Part shown: positions 32,406 to 42,058 of the stretch, piece after piece
How the letters are laid out: each line of letters opens with the position of its first letter
Numbering within the stretch: the stretch's first letter is position 1
Assembly (NCBI GenBank): GCA_039793685.1
Contig: JBDRAL010000032.1
Coordinates: forward strand, 46,193 to 110,192
Source of the DNA: Blastocatellia bacterium NZW_1522
Lineage (GTDB): Bacteria; Acidobacteriota; Blastocatellia; Chloracidobacteriales; Chloracidobacteriaceae
Length of the DNA stretch: 64,000 nt
Reading direction: 5' to 3'
Position numbers and translations under genes: made by a program
The notes under the pieces: generated by a model
What the model saw: only the letters and a program-made list of their open reading frames with translations
The model's database searches: none
What the model was told of the DNA's origin: nothing

Positions 32406-33410
32406 TTATCCCTTCCCGAGACGCTGGATGACCCGAACGGGGACAGCCTTGGTCTTCCCCCGGTCGAACATCAGTGCCTGGTATTTTTGATAATTGGCCC
32501 TTGCTTCGTCGAAGAAGCCGAATTCCCACTGGGAGTCGGCCAGATTCAGATAGGTGACGATTCGTCCGGGCGACAGACGCAGGACTTCCTTGAAAATCGG
32601 GATGGCCGCGCCGTGTTCCTTCGATTGTTGTAGGTAAAACCCGTAGTCGTTGAACGGTCCGATGTAGTTTTTCACCGGAATCTTCATCGCCGACCACAGG
32701 TTGAGCCAGCGGCCGGGCGTGTCCTCGGGGGAATCGCCACCGCCCGCGATCCGGTTGCCGAGAAAAACCGTGGCGTCGAACATCAGGGCGAGGCGGTCGG
32801 CGGCTTCCTTCGGTTTTCCCGCCTTCCCGAGCGCGGCGGCGGCTTTCTGGCCGCGGGCCAGCGCGGCGGCCAGCACGTTTCCGTTGATGTAGTTCTGGGG
32901 ATAGAAAATATCCCCTGTTTCGTTCTCGATGGCGTTTTCATAGCCTTCCCGGTCACCGGTTTCCGCCAGTCGGATGATTTTCTCGACCGCTTCCGCCGAC
33001 GGGTCCCGGGTCGTGTTCGCGGTCAGCGAAAAGGTGTCTCCGTTCCAGTTCACCGTGTAGACGTGGGTAAAGGTCGATCCGGGAAACTGCGAAGAGAACG
33101 TGATGTTCGCACCGTCACATGCGACGGTCGTTTTGGGCGTGTTGACGGTGTCGGGCAGAGGAATTTTCTTTCGCCAGATGACCTTGTCCCCGACGAGACC
33201 GCGCAGAAAGGCATTCCCCTCCTGATCGAGCTGGACATCCACCGTCCCGGCTCCGTTGTGGGGCAATCCCTGGCAGGCAAGGACAAAAACAAAAGGGTCT
33301 TCGGTCGGGGATTCCTGGGCCACGGCGGGCGTGGAAGAAAGGAACGTCAAAAGAATGGCCAGCCCCCAGCCGAGAACGGCTCCGCGAGTCAGATTCCGGG
33401 TGATTTTCAT
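32406..33410 (-). CDS. Secreted hypothetical protein with C-terminal TPR-like repeats
   Basis: Signal peptide ...LSSTPAVAQE. C-terminal FYLQQSKEHGAAIPIFKEVLRLSPGRIVTYLNLADSQWEFGFFDEARANYQKYQ. ATGA overlap with the kinase stop. Confidence 0.55.
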   Translation of the reverse strand: MKITRNLTRGAVLGWGLAILLTFLSSTPAVAQESPTEDPFVFVLACQGLPHNGAGTVDVQLDQEGNAFLRGLVGDKVIWRKKIPLPDTVNTPKTTVACDGANITFSSQFPGSTFTHVYTVNWNGDTFSLTANTTRDPSAEAVEKIIRLAETGDREGYENAIENETGDIFYPQNYINGNVLAAALARGQKAAAALGKAGKPKEAADRLALMFDATVFLGNRIAGGGDSPEDTPGRWLNLWSAMKIPVKNYIGPFNDYGFYLQQSKEHGAAIPIFKEVLRLSPGRIVTYLNLADSQWEFGFFDEARANYQKYQALMFDRGKTKAVPVRVIQRLGKG

Positions 33411-36400
33411 AGGGATCCGCCTTTTCCGTCGGTAACTTCTTTTTTTCCGCTGCTTCCAATGAGGGTCGGGGCCGAGGAAAAGGTGTCGATCAGATGCGAA
33501 CCCGAGGTTCGGGGAGCGGTGACGACTGGCAGGCTTTCCTGTGAACGCTCGGCCAGCGTAAACGGCTCCAGCAAACCGGCCAGTTCGCGTGCCGTGGGCC
33601 GGTCCTCCGGCGTCTTCGAAAGGGCCCGCATGACGATTTCATCAAGTTCAACCGGAATATCGATGAACATTGACCGTGGAGGGGTTGCAGCCTGTGTGAC
33701 GTGCATCAGGGCCACGCTGATAAAGGTGCTCCCGGAGGCGAAGGGAAGTTTTCCGGTCAGCATCTGGTACAGCGTGACGCCGAGGCTGTACACGTCGGAT
33801 TTCCCGTCGTACGGCAAGGCGTTAATCCGTTCGGGGGCAAGGTAGAACGCCGTCCCGACGATTGAACCGACGCCCGAAAGCGTGCCGTTGACGACCGATG
33901 CGCTTTCGCCCATGAGTTTGGCGACTCCGAAATCCACCACATTGACGACTTCGCCCTCCTTGGTCTGATGAAGGAAGATGTTGTCCGGCTTGATGTCGCG
34001 GTGAATGATTCCTTCCTCGTGGGCGATCTGGAGCACTTCGCAGACCGGGATGAGGATTTCCGCGCACCGGCGGGGCGACACCCGGTCGCGTCGGTGGAGT
34101 TCGTCGGCCAGCGAATAGCCCCGCAGGAGTTCCATCACGAGGTAGGCGATACCGTCGGTCGAAACCCCTGAATCGAGAATGGCCACGGCGTTCGGGTGAT
34201 TGATGCGGCAGGCTGAAATCCCTTCCTGGCGGAATCGTTCCAGTGCTTCCACCGAATCGTTCCCGGCGGCCGGCCGGAATACCTTGACCGCCACTTTCCG
34301 GTTCAGATTCAACTGGGTGGCTTCAAACACCGCCCCGAAGCCGCCCGCCCCGATTTTCAGGTCCAGCCGATATTTGTTGTCGAGAACCGTTCCCGGCAGT
34401 GCTTCGGCAAGGGCGCCGAAGACGAGGTCGGTTCGCCGCTGAGCTTCCGCAAGTTCGTTGTTCTTGCGGTTGAGTTCATTGTTCTTGACGTTGAGTTCGC
34501 TGATTTTCCGATCGAGCTGCTCGTTTTTCTCGGCCAGTTCGGTGGTCCGGTTCAGAACCTTTTCCTCAAGTTCGAGGTTGCGCTGTTCAAGAACCTTGAG
34601 TCGCCAACGGAATATTCCATAGGCCACGGCGCACAGGACGATGAGGTACAGCATGTACGCCCACCAGGTCGCCCAGACGGCGGGGTGAATCCGAAAACGC
34701 AACACGCCGGCCGGCTTTTCATTTCCGTTGAAGTCACGACTCCAGACCCGAAATTCGTAATCTCCCCTGGGGAGGTTGGTAAAAATCCGCTTGGTGTCGG
34801 CCCCCCACGGTGTGGGATTCGGGTCGTAACCTACCAACTGTGTGGAAAACCGGGTTTCCTCGCCCCTGAAGTAGCTGAGCAGCATGTACTCGATAATGAG
34901 ATTGTTCTGGTCATGAGACAGGGAGAGGTCGTTGCCGGTGATTTCGGTCCCATTGACCGATACTTTCTGGATGAATGGCGTTCCGGGATTGAAAACGGTG
35001 CTTTCCCGGGTTGTGTCGAGGACCGTCAACCCGGCGATGGTCCCGGTCCAGATTCTCCCGAAGCTGTCTGAAAGGGCTGCCCCGCCGTTGCATTCGTTGC
35101 TCGGAAGACCTTCCTCGATGTTGAAAACCTCAAGAAGCGGGACGTTCCAGTCGCCATTTTCATCCGCGGTCAGGCGGACGACGCCGCGATTGGTGAAAAG
35201 GTAAATCCTTTTTTGCGGGTCTTCGCGAATTTCGTAAATGACGTTGTTCGGAAGGGCGGGCGTGCTGGTGTCGGAAATGGAAATCCACTTGCGCTCCGGC
35301 CCGTCGAGGTACCGGTAAACCACCCCGCCATACGTTCCCGCCCAGAGAATTCGGTGTCCCTGCTTGTCGGTGGTCATTGTCAGGGCCCGAACCACGTTGT
35401 TCGGAAACGTCCCGCGCGTCACCGAAAGGACTTCCCAGGAACCGTTGTGGAGTTTGGCCAGTCCTCCTCCGAACGTTCCGACCCAGAGGTTTTTGGTCCC
35501 GTCCGGTTCGATGGTTTCCGCCAGTGCCGCGGCGTAGTTATGGGGTAATCCGGAATTGGCCGTCGTGAAGGTGGTCCAGGTCCCGTTCCTGAACTTGACC
35601 AGTCCGCCTTCCGTCCCCACCCAGAGGATGGGTGTCCCGTCGGAATCCGTCGTTTCCAGAAAAGCCCAGACATTGTTGTCCGGAAGCTGCCCCTGGTCCT
35701 TGTTGTAGACGGTCTGTTTCCCATTCTGGAAAACGACGATGCCTCCACCCCCGGTCCCGGCCCAGATGGCTTCACCCCCGGTGACTGCCTTCGTCCGGTA
35801 GAGGCTCCCGCACAGGCGGTGCGGGAAATTGCCCTTTTCCGGGGCGAAAACCTCCCACCGATCATTTTCGAGCTTGCCGAGGCCGTTGGCTCGAGTTCCG
35901 AACCAGTAGGTCCGGCGGCCGTCGGGACCGGTGGTTTCAAGCAGTGATTTGATGCCGATAAGCGGAATGGTATCGGGGGGGCTGACGACCCGCTGCCACT
36001 TTCCGAGCCGCAGACGCGCCAGTCCGCCGCTGTTGGTTCCGACCCAGAGCAACTGCGGACCGTTCCCGACCTTGGTTTCCAGCAGGCAGGTGACTTCATT
36101 GTTCGGCAATACGCCGGAAGCCAGGTTGTAGATGGTCCAGGTCCCGTTTTGAAGAAAAGCCAGCCCGCCGCTGTTCGTTCCGACCCAGAGAATCTTTTCC
36201 CGCTGGGGGCCGAGGGTCTGGTAGATGGTTCGGATGAAGCTGGCGCCCCCGATGGTGGCTGCTTCCCATCGGAAAACCCCATGCCGAAGCGTTCCCAGCC
36301 CACCCTTATACATGCCGATCCAGAGAATCCGTTCGCCCGTTTCCGATTCAGTCTCATAGAGGCAACGGACCTGCGGGTCGGGAAGCCCCTCGGCAGTTCC

Positions 36401-37099
36401 GTAAATTTTCCAGGAACCGTTTTGAAACCGGGCCAGACCGTTCAGGGTTCCGACCCAGACGATCTGGGTGTTGTCCGAATCGCGTGTGGCAAGCAGGCAC
36501 CGGGTTCCGTCATCCGGGAGACCGCTGTTCTGCCGATTGAAGAACACCCATTTCTCATCCTCGAATTTTCCCAGTCCTCCGCCGAAGGTGGCGGCCCAGA
36601 TCTGTGTCCGCCCGTTTTCCTCGGTTTCGACCAGGTCGTAGACGCTGTTGACCGGGAAATTGTCGCTTCCTTTTCGGTAGTGAGCGATGAAGCTGCCCTT
36701 CGAATAGACAAAGATGCCGCCCGATTCAGTTCCGAACCACAGATCGCCGTTTTTGCGAACCAGAATTGCCCGAATCCAGTTGGAGGTGATTCGTTCGGGC
36801 ATGTTGACGGTCGTCCAGGTCCGTCCATCGAAACGAGCCGCGCCATCCTGGGTTCCAACCCAGAGAAAGCCGTCGTGGTCGGTGACGACGGCGGTCAGGG
36901 AGTTTTGAGGAAGCCCGCTCTGATCGGTGAATACCTTGGCGGCGGGGAGGAACCGAAGGGAAGAAACCGCCGGGGCCGTGATGTCGGGTACGCCGGGGTG
37001 GGGCAGCGAGGTGGGCGCGGTTTGGCCGGAGGCGGCCAGCGGGGCCGCCAGGACCAGCAAGAACACAAAAAGAAACACCCGCAGGCTGCCCGGAAACAT
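33407..37099 (-). CDS. Transmembrane Ser/Thr protein kinase with double beta-propeller (Reg_prop) plus Y_Y_Y-type ectodomain
   Basis: Many ...LWVGT/IWAGT...GGL..F..G.W propeller repeats. DYEFRVWSRDFNG (Y_Y_Y). TM WWAYMLYLIVLCAVAYGIF. Coiled coil. Kinase GAGGFGAV...VAVKVF...HRDIKPDNIFL...DFGVAK. ATG 37099 (MFPGSLRVFLFVF) avoids the overlap with gatC. Confidence 0.85.
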   Translation of the reverse strand: MFPGSLRVFLFVFLLVLAAPLAASGQTAPTSLPHPGVPDITAPAVSSLRFLPAAKVFTDQSGLPQNSLTAVVTDHDGFLWVGTQDGAARFDGRTWTTVNMPERITSNWIRAILVRKNGDLWFGTESGGIFVYSKGSFIAHYRKGSDNFPVNSVYDLVETEENGRTQIWAATFGGGLGKFEDEKWVFFNRQNSGLPDDGTRCLLATRDSDNTQIVWVGTLNGLARFQNGSWKIYGTAEGLPDPQVRCLYETESETGERILWIGMYKGGLGTLRHGVFRWEAATIGGASFIRTIYQTLGPQREKILWVGTNSGGLAFLQNGTWTIYNLASGVLPNNEVTCLLETKVGNGPQLLWVGTNSGGLARLRLGKWQRVVSPPDTIPLIGIKSLLETTGPDGRRTYWFGTRANGLGKLENDRWEVFAPEKGNFPHRLCGSLYRTKAVTGGEAIWAGTGGGGIVVFQNGKQTVYNKDQGQLPDNNVWAFLETTDSDGTPILWVGTEGGLVKFRNGTWTTFTTANSGLPHNYAAALAETIEPDGTKNLWVGTFGGGLAKLHNGSWEVLSVTRGTFPNNVVRALTMTTDKQGHRILWAGTYGGVVYRYLDGPERKWISISDTSTPALPNNVIYEIREDPQKRIYLFTNRGVVRLTADENGDWNVPLLEVFNIEEGLPSNECNGGAALSDSFGRIWTGTIAGLTVLDTTRESTVFNPGTPFIQKVSVNGTEITGNDLSLSHDQNNLIIEYMLLSYFRGEETRFSTQLVGYDPNPTPWGADTKRIFTNLPRGDYEFRVWSRDFNGNEKPAGVLRFRIHPAVWATWWAYMLYLIVLCAVAYGIFRWRLKVLEQRNLELEEKVLNRTTELAEKNEQLDRKISELNVKNNELNRKNNELAEAQRRTDLVFGALAEALPGTVLDNKYRLDLKIGAGGFGAVFEATQLNLNRKVAVKVFRPAAGNDSVEALERFRQEGISACRINHPNAVAILDSGVSTDGIAYLVMELLRGYSLADELHRRDRVSPRRCAEILIPVCEVLQIAHEEGIIHRDIKPDNIFLHQTKEGEVVNVVDFGVAKLMGESASVVNGTLSGVGSIVGTAFYLAPERINALPYDGKSDVYSLGVTLYQMLTGKLPFASGSTFISVALMHVTQAATPPRSMFIDIPVELDEIVMRALSKTPEDRPTARELAGLLEPFTLAERSQESLPVVTAPRTSGSHLIDTFSSAPTLIGSSGKKEVTDGKGGSL

Positions 37100-37175
37100 T
37101 GGGTAACGTCGTTGAGGAAAAAGGTTGTTGTGAAACGCCCTTTTATTGCACCGGCGAGGCTGGGTTTCAACCTTT

Positions 37176-37460
37176 TTACAGAACCCGTGGGACCCGGAAA
37201 TGACCTTCGGCTGCGCTTGGAGCGTTTGAAAGGGCCACTTCCTGACCCGGACAGTCATGCGGCTCGTCCGGCCGGTTGGCGGCCTCCGGGTCGCCGCTCA
37301 GGGTACTGTGCATCATTGGCTCGGTGGCGGTCGTGTCGAGTTCGTTCAGCTTGTCGAAATAACTCACGATGGCGCCCATCTGACCGCTGAATCGTTCGGT
37401 TTCTTCCGCGGTGAGTTCAAGGTTCGCCAGCTTGGCGATTTTGGCAACGTCAATGGCCAT
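37176..37460 (-). CDS. gatC: Asp/Glu-tRNA amidotransferase subunit C
   Basis: MAIDVAKIAKLANLELTAEETERFSGQMGAIVSYFDKLNELDT. Confidence 0.88.
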   Translation of the reverse strand: MAIDVAKIAKLANLELTAEETERFSGQMGAIVSYFDKLNELDTTATEPMMHSTLSGDPEAANRPDEPHDCPGQEVALSNAPSAAEGHFRVPRVL

Positions 37461-37493
37461 TGGTTTTCCTCTTTCCGGCGAAGGTTCGGCGGC

Positions 37494-38510
37494 TTACTCG
37501 ACCGCCTTCGCTCCGTAGTGCTTTTGATAGAAATTTCGATACTCGCCCGTTTTGGCCCGTTCCACCCAGACCGGGTTGTCCCGATACCATTGAATGGTTT
37601 CGGTCAGTCCCTCGCGGAAGCCGGTCCGGGGCTTCCAGCCCAGTTCGCGTTCAATTTTCGAGCAGTCAACGGCATACCGTCGATCGTGACCGAGACGGTC
37701 GGTGACCTGAGTCAGCAGTGTCTCGGGTTTTCCCAGAATATCGAGCAGCAGGGAAAGGACCTGCCGATTCGGCAGCGGGTTGCGGCCACCGATGTGGTAC
37801 GTCTCGCCGGGTTTCCCGCTTTCAAGTACGGCCAGCAGAGCCTCGCAATTGTCGGCGACGTGAATCCAGTCCCTGACCTGAAGGCCGTCCCCGTAAACCG
37901 GAATCGGTTTTTCTTCAAGGGCATTGGAAATCGCCAGCGGGAGGAGTTTTTCGGGGAACTGGAAGGGACCGTAGTTGTTGCTGGTTCGGGTCACCACGGT
38001 ATTCATTCCGAACGTGTGGTGGGCCGCCCGGACGAGATGTTCCGCCGCAGCCTTGCTCGCCGCGTACGGGCTGTTCGGAGCGAACGGTCCGTCTTCCGCG
38101 AAAAACTCGTTTTCCCCCATGCTTCCGCCCACTTCGTCGGTCGAAATATGCAGAAACCGCCGGACGTTTTTCTCTCTCGCGACATCGAGCAGAACCTGCG
38201 TCCCGAGAACGTTGGTTTGAATGAACTCCGATGCGCTGTGGATGCTCCGGTCAACGTGCGATTCCGCCGCGAAGTGAACGACGGCATCGCAGTTGTCCGG
38301 AATGGCGGCCCGAACCGCCTCACGGTCGCAAATGTCTCCCTGAATGAAGACATAGCCGGGGGATTGGGCCACGCTGGCGAGGTTGTCCAGGTTTCCGGCG
38401 TAAGTCAGTTTGTCAAAATTGAGGAGAACCTGATCGGGAAATCGTTTGACCCACTCCCGAACGAACTGGGAGCCGATAAAACCGGCTCCTCCGGTAATGA
38501 AAATAGACAT
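37494..38510 (-). CDS. rfbB: dTDP-glucose 4,6-dehydratase
   Basis: IFITGGAGFIGSQFV...YAASKAA...DYAVDCSKIERELGWKP. Confidence 0.88.
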   Translation of the reverse strand: MSIFITGGAGFIGSQFVREWVKRFPDQVLLNFDKLTYAGNLDNLASVAQSPGYVFIQGDICDREAVRAAIPDNCDAVVHFAAESHVDRSIHSASEFIQTNVLGTQVLLDVAREKNVRRFLHISTDEVGGSMGENEFFAEDGPFAPNSPYAASKAAAEHLVRAAHHTFGMNTVVTRTSNNYGPFQFPEKLLPLAISNALEEKPIPVYGDGLQVRDWIHVADNCEALLAVLESGKPGETYHIGGRNPLPNRQVLSLLLDILGKPETLLTQVTDRLGHDRRYAVDCSKIERELGWKPRTGFREGLTETIQWYRDNPVWVERAKTGEYRNFYQKHYGAKAVE

Positions 38511-38544
38511 GGTCGTTTGGAGGAACTCAGGGAATTCAGGGGCT

Positions 38545-39735
38545 TTACTCGGTCAGCAGTCTTGAAAATTCATTCACCGCGTTTCCAGCCCAGCTCACGC
38601 CGACGCGAAGTGCGTGCGCGGGGGAAGGAAGTGAGAGCAGGTAAATGAATTTCCTGACGAAATTGCCGGTCGATCCATCAAACTTTACTCCGAAGAGGTT
38701 CGCTGCCGCTACCCCTCGACCCAACGAAAGCATCTCCCCGAGGGCCGCGTGGTGGTATTCCCGATAAGGACGTCCCGCCAGCCAGGCCTGAAGGTTGTTT
38801 GCCGCGACCTGGGCTTGGCGGACCGCGACCTGGGCCGTGGCCGGAATTTCATCGCCCGCGTTGGCATCATCCCCAAGGGCGAACATTCCGGGATGTCCCG
38901 GGACTTCAAGGGAGGGGCCGACGGGAATGCGCCCGCGGCGGTCAAGAAGGCATCCGACGGTTTGAAGAACCGTGGAAGGGGAAGAGCCGGCTGTCCAGAT
39001 GTTGAGAGTCGATGGAAGTTGGGTACCGTCGGCAAGTTCAATCGAATCGGCCGTGATTTTTTGAACGGCAGCCCCAAGCCGGAATTCCACTCCCAGATTT
39101 TTAAGGCGTGTCCAGGCATGCTCGCGGAGTTCACCGGCATACCCCGGAAGGATGTCCCGGCTCCGGTCAATCAATCTGAGGCGGCGGGAGCGGCGGCCGG
39201 TTTCCAGAAGAAAATCCGAAATTTTGGCAGCCAGTTCCACCCCGCTCGGACCGGCCCCAAGAATTGAAACGGGACCGTCTGTGCCGTTGGAAAGTTTTTT
39301 CAGCCGACAGTCAAGTTCGCATGCGTCGGAAATGGTTCGAAACGGAATGGAATTGTCCGCGGCACCTTCAATTCCCAGGTAGGCATTGTTCGAACCGAGA
39401 GACAGAACCAACCCGTCAAAAGAAATTGACCCGGAGTTGGAAAACCGGACTTCTCTTGCAACGGTGTCAACCGATTCGACTTCGCCCTGAACAAAATCAA
39501 TGGTGGTGGGGAGAATTTCACGGAACTCGGGTGCAATTTGCCACTGATCAACCTCCCCCGTCAGGAGTTCATATAAAAGGGGAGTGAAGAGAAAGTGGGA
39601 TTCCCGGTCGACAAGTGTAATGTCGGCGGACAGGCAGGCCCCGCGCCAGTAAAGCGCAAGGGCTGTGTAGAGGCCGCCAAAGCCTCCGCCAAGAATGACG
39701 ATTCGGGGTTTCCGGTTTACCTTCGGGATTGCCAT
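38545..39735 (-). CDS. ndh: Type II NADH dehydrogenase (NDH-2) family FAD oxidoreductase
   Basis: PRIVILGGGFGGLYTA, a second Rossmann motif ILGAGPSGVELA, and ALGD. ATG 39735 chosen; the track start 39756 is a TTG inside the upstream hairpin. Confidence 0.8.
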   Translation of the reverse strand: MAIPKVNRKPRIVILGGGFGGLYTALALYWRGACLSADITLVDRESHFLFTPLLYELLTGEVDQWQIAPEFREILPTTIDFVQGEVESVDTVAREVRFSNSGSISFDGLVLSLGSNNAYLGIEGAADNSIPFRTISDACELDCRLKKLSNGTDGPVSILGAGPSGVELAAKISDFLLETGRRSRRLRLIDRSRDILPGYAGELREHAWTRLKNLGVEFRLGAAVQKITADSIELADGTQLPSTLNIWTAGSSPSTVLQTVGCLLDRRGRIPVGPSLEVPGHPGMFALGDDANAGDEIPATAQVAVRQAQVAANNLQAWLAGRPYREYHHAALGEMLSLGRGVAAANLFGVKFDGSTGNFVRKFIYLLSLPSPAHALRVGVSWAGNAVNEFSRLLTE

Positions 39736-39772
39736 AAAGGAAAAGCGCCGCCTCAAGTTGTGGAGGCGGCGC
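39736..39772 (-). terminator. Rho-independent terminator downstream of rpsA
   Basis: Perfect 10-bp stem GCGCCGCCTC / GAGGCGGCGC (39745-39754 / 39763-39772). On the minus strand it is followed by TTTTCCTTT. Confidence 0.6.
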
Positions 39773-39805
39773 GTATCTAACGAAACGGCGGACGAAAATC
39801 AGTGA

Positions 39806-41608
39806 TTAACGAGACTCTTTGTCATCGGTAAAGAAATTCGCCAGTTCGCCAAGGCTGGTCATCGACTCGTTGTTGATGTAGTTGCTGATGTCGCCCGGAT
39901 CGTTTTCCTTGCCAACCGCGCGGGCGGAGAGACCGATCTTCCGGGTTCCTTCGTCAAGCTTCAGAATCTTGAACTGCAACTGCTGTCCGACGGAAACGAC
40001 GGACTCGGGCTTTTCAATGCGCTGGTCGGCCAGTTCCGAAATGTGGCAGAGACCTTCGATCCCTTCTTCGAGTTCCACGAAGGCTCCGAAGCCAGCCAGA
40101 CGGACGATCTTGCCGGTAACGACATCACCCGGCTTGTGTTCATGGAAGAAGCGATCCCAGGCGTTCGGTTCGAGGTCCTTGATTGAAAGGCTCAGGCGGC
40201 GGTTGACCGTGTCGATATTGGTAATGACCGCTTCGACATTCTGACCCTTCTTGAGAACTTCCGACGGATGCTTGATGCGCTTGGTCCACGACATGTCGGA
40301 GACGTGGATGAGGCCGTCGATGCCGTCCTCGATTTCGATAAAGGCACCGAATTCAGTCAGATTGCGGACCTTGCCCGAAACCCGGGTGCCAGCGGTGTAG
40401 CGTTCGGCGACCGAATCCCACGGATTGGCCAGCGTCTGCTTCATGCCGAGGCTGATGCGGCGGTTTGCCTGATCAACTTCAAGCACGACCGCCTGGACTT
40501 CTTCGTTCATGCCGACGACCTTCGAGGGGTGCTTGATGCGCTTCGACCAGGTCATTTCGGAGACGTGAACGAGACCTTCAACGCCTTCTTCAAGTTCGAC
40601 AAACGCGCCGTAGTCGGTCACCGAAGCAACCTTGCCCTTGACGAGGTCGCCCTTGTGGTAGCGCTCGGCAACCGTATCCCATGGATCGGGAAGGAGTTGC
40701 TTGTAACCGAGGCTGACCCGTTCCTTGTCGCGGTCGAACTTCAGAACCTTGACCTGAACCGTATCGCCAACCTTGAAGACGTCGGAAGGCTTCGGCAGAC
40801 GACCCCAGGAAATATCGGTGACGTGAAGGAGGCCGTCGATGCCGCCGAGATCGACGAACACGCCGTAATCGGTGATGTTCTTGATCTGGCCGCTGAGAAT
40901 GACGTTTTCGTCAAGCATCTTCAGCGTTTCAACCTTCCGAACACTCACTTCTTCCTCAATGAGCGCCTTCCGGGACAAAACGATGTTGTTCCGCTTCTTG
41001 TTGAGCTTGAGAATGCGGAATTCCATTTCCTTGCCGCGCAGCGATTCGAGATTCCGAACCGGGCGAACGTCAACCTGGCTGCCCGGCAGGAAGGCCGTGA
41101 TTCCACCCAGTTCCACCTGGAGGCCGCCCTTGATGCGATCGAGAATCTTGCCCATGACTGCCTGATTTTCAGTAAAGGCTTTCTCGATGACATCCCACAT
41201 GTGGTGGCGAATGGCATCCGCGCGGGAAAGTTCGACGTAACCGTCGGAACCTTCGATCTGCTTGACCATCACTTCGACGGTATCGCCTTTTTGAACGTTC
41301 AGCTCGCCTTCGGGGGAAGTGAATTCTTCCTTCGCAACGATGCCTTCCGATTTGAAGCCGATATCGATGACCACGCCGCGGTCGGAAATGTTGACCACAC
41401 GGCCGCTGACGATATCTCCATTGCTGATCGTCGATGCGGTCTGTTCGTAGTTATCCAGCATGGACGCGAAATCCGCGTCCTCGGCGCCGGTCATGGAGAC
41501 GTCGGCGTCGTCCTGAGCTTCAAGGGAAGGAATGTCGTTGATGATGTTCGGGCGAAGCGGCGAAATGGTCACGCCGTCAATGCCGGACTGCTGTACGTTG
41601 TCTGCCAT
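39806..41608 (-). CDS. rpsA: 30S ribosomal protein S1
   Basis: 600 aa with six S1 repeats (G.IV.G.V...GV.VD.G...G..H.S). Confidence 0.95.
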   Translation of the reverse strand: MADNVQQSGIDGVTISPLRPNIINDIPSLEAQDDADVSMTGAEDADFASMLDNYEQTASTISNGDIVSGRVVNISDRGVVIDIGFKSEGIVAKEEFTSPEGELNVQKGDTVEVMVKQIEGSDGYVELSRADAIRHHMWDVIEKAFTENQAVMGKILDRIKGGLQVELGGITAFLPGSQVDVRPVRNLESLRGKEMEFRILKLNKKRNNIVLSRKALIEEEVSVRKVETLKMLDENVILSGQIKNITDYGVFVDLGGIDGLLHVTDISWGRLPKPSDVFKVGDTVQVKVLKFDRDKERVSLGYKQLLPDPWDTVAERYHKGDLVKGKVASVTDYGAFVELEEGVEGLVHVSEMTWSKRIKHPSKVVGMNEEVQAVVLEVDQANRRISLGMKQTLANPWDSVAERYTAGTRVSGKVRNLTEFGAFIEIEDGIDGLIHVSDMSWTKRIKHPSEVLKKGQNVEAVITNIDTVNRRLSLSIKDLEPNAWDRFFHEHKPGDVVTGKIVRLAGFGAFVELEEGIEGLCHISELADQRIEKPESVVSVGQQLQFKILKLDEGTRKIGLSARAVGKENDPGDISNYINNESMTSLGELANFFTDDKESR

Positions 41609-41655
41609 GGGTTTGGAAATCTCTTCGACTTAAGATGATTGAACGGAAGTTTTTG

Positions 41656-41685
41656 AGTCTACACTCGCATTTTTCGACATGTCAA
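41656..41685 (-). promoter_or_regulatory. Candidate sigma-70 promoter for rpsA
   Basis: Minus strand: TTGACA (41685-41680), 18-nt spacer, TAGACT (41661-41656). About 48 nt upstream of the ATG. Confidence 0.4.
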
Positions 41686-41705
41686 GAATGACACATCGTT
41701 AGAAA

Positions 41706-41743
41706 CACGAAAACGGGCGAAGCAAGGTTCGCCCGTTTTCGTG
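41706..41743 (-). terminator. Hairpin terminator following tRNA-Gly
   Basis: Perfect 16-bp stem CACGAAAACGGGCGAA / TTCGCCCGTTTTCGTG with a 6-nt loop. Only a short TTTCT tract follows on the minus strand. Confidence 0.5.
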
Positions 41744-41759
41744 TAGGTCATTTGCATTT

Positions 41760-41836
<77 letters not shown>

Positions 41837-41869
41837 AAGTTCTCAATCGCAGTGCGTTTGAGGACGCAA

Positions 41870-41898
41870 AGATTAGCTATCGAGGCAGGTTCTGTCAA
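41870..41898 (-). promoter_or_regulatory. Candidate sigma-70 promoter for tRNA-Gly
   Basis: Minus strand: TTGACA (41898-41893), 17-nt spacer, TAATCT (41875-41870). About 35 nt upstream of the mature 5' end. Confidence 0.5.
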
Positions 41899-42058
41899 CC
41901 ACTTTGTTCAAAAAAAATTGTTTTGATTGCGCGAACATCCCTCGTCACGGCCGTGGAAGGGCTTTTAACTTGAGTTCTGGGTTCAAGTGTTAGAAAATGT
42001 ACAAAGAGTAGAAGGGGCGTCAACCGCGCATCCCTGAGTTACGGGCGAAATTCTTCCC

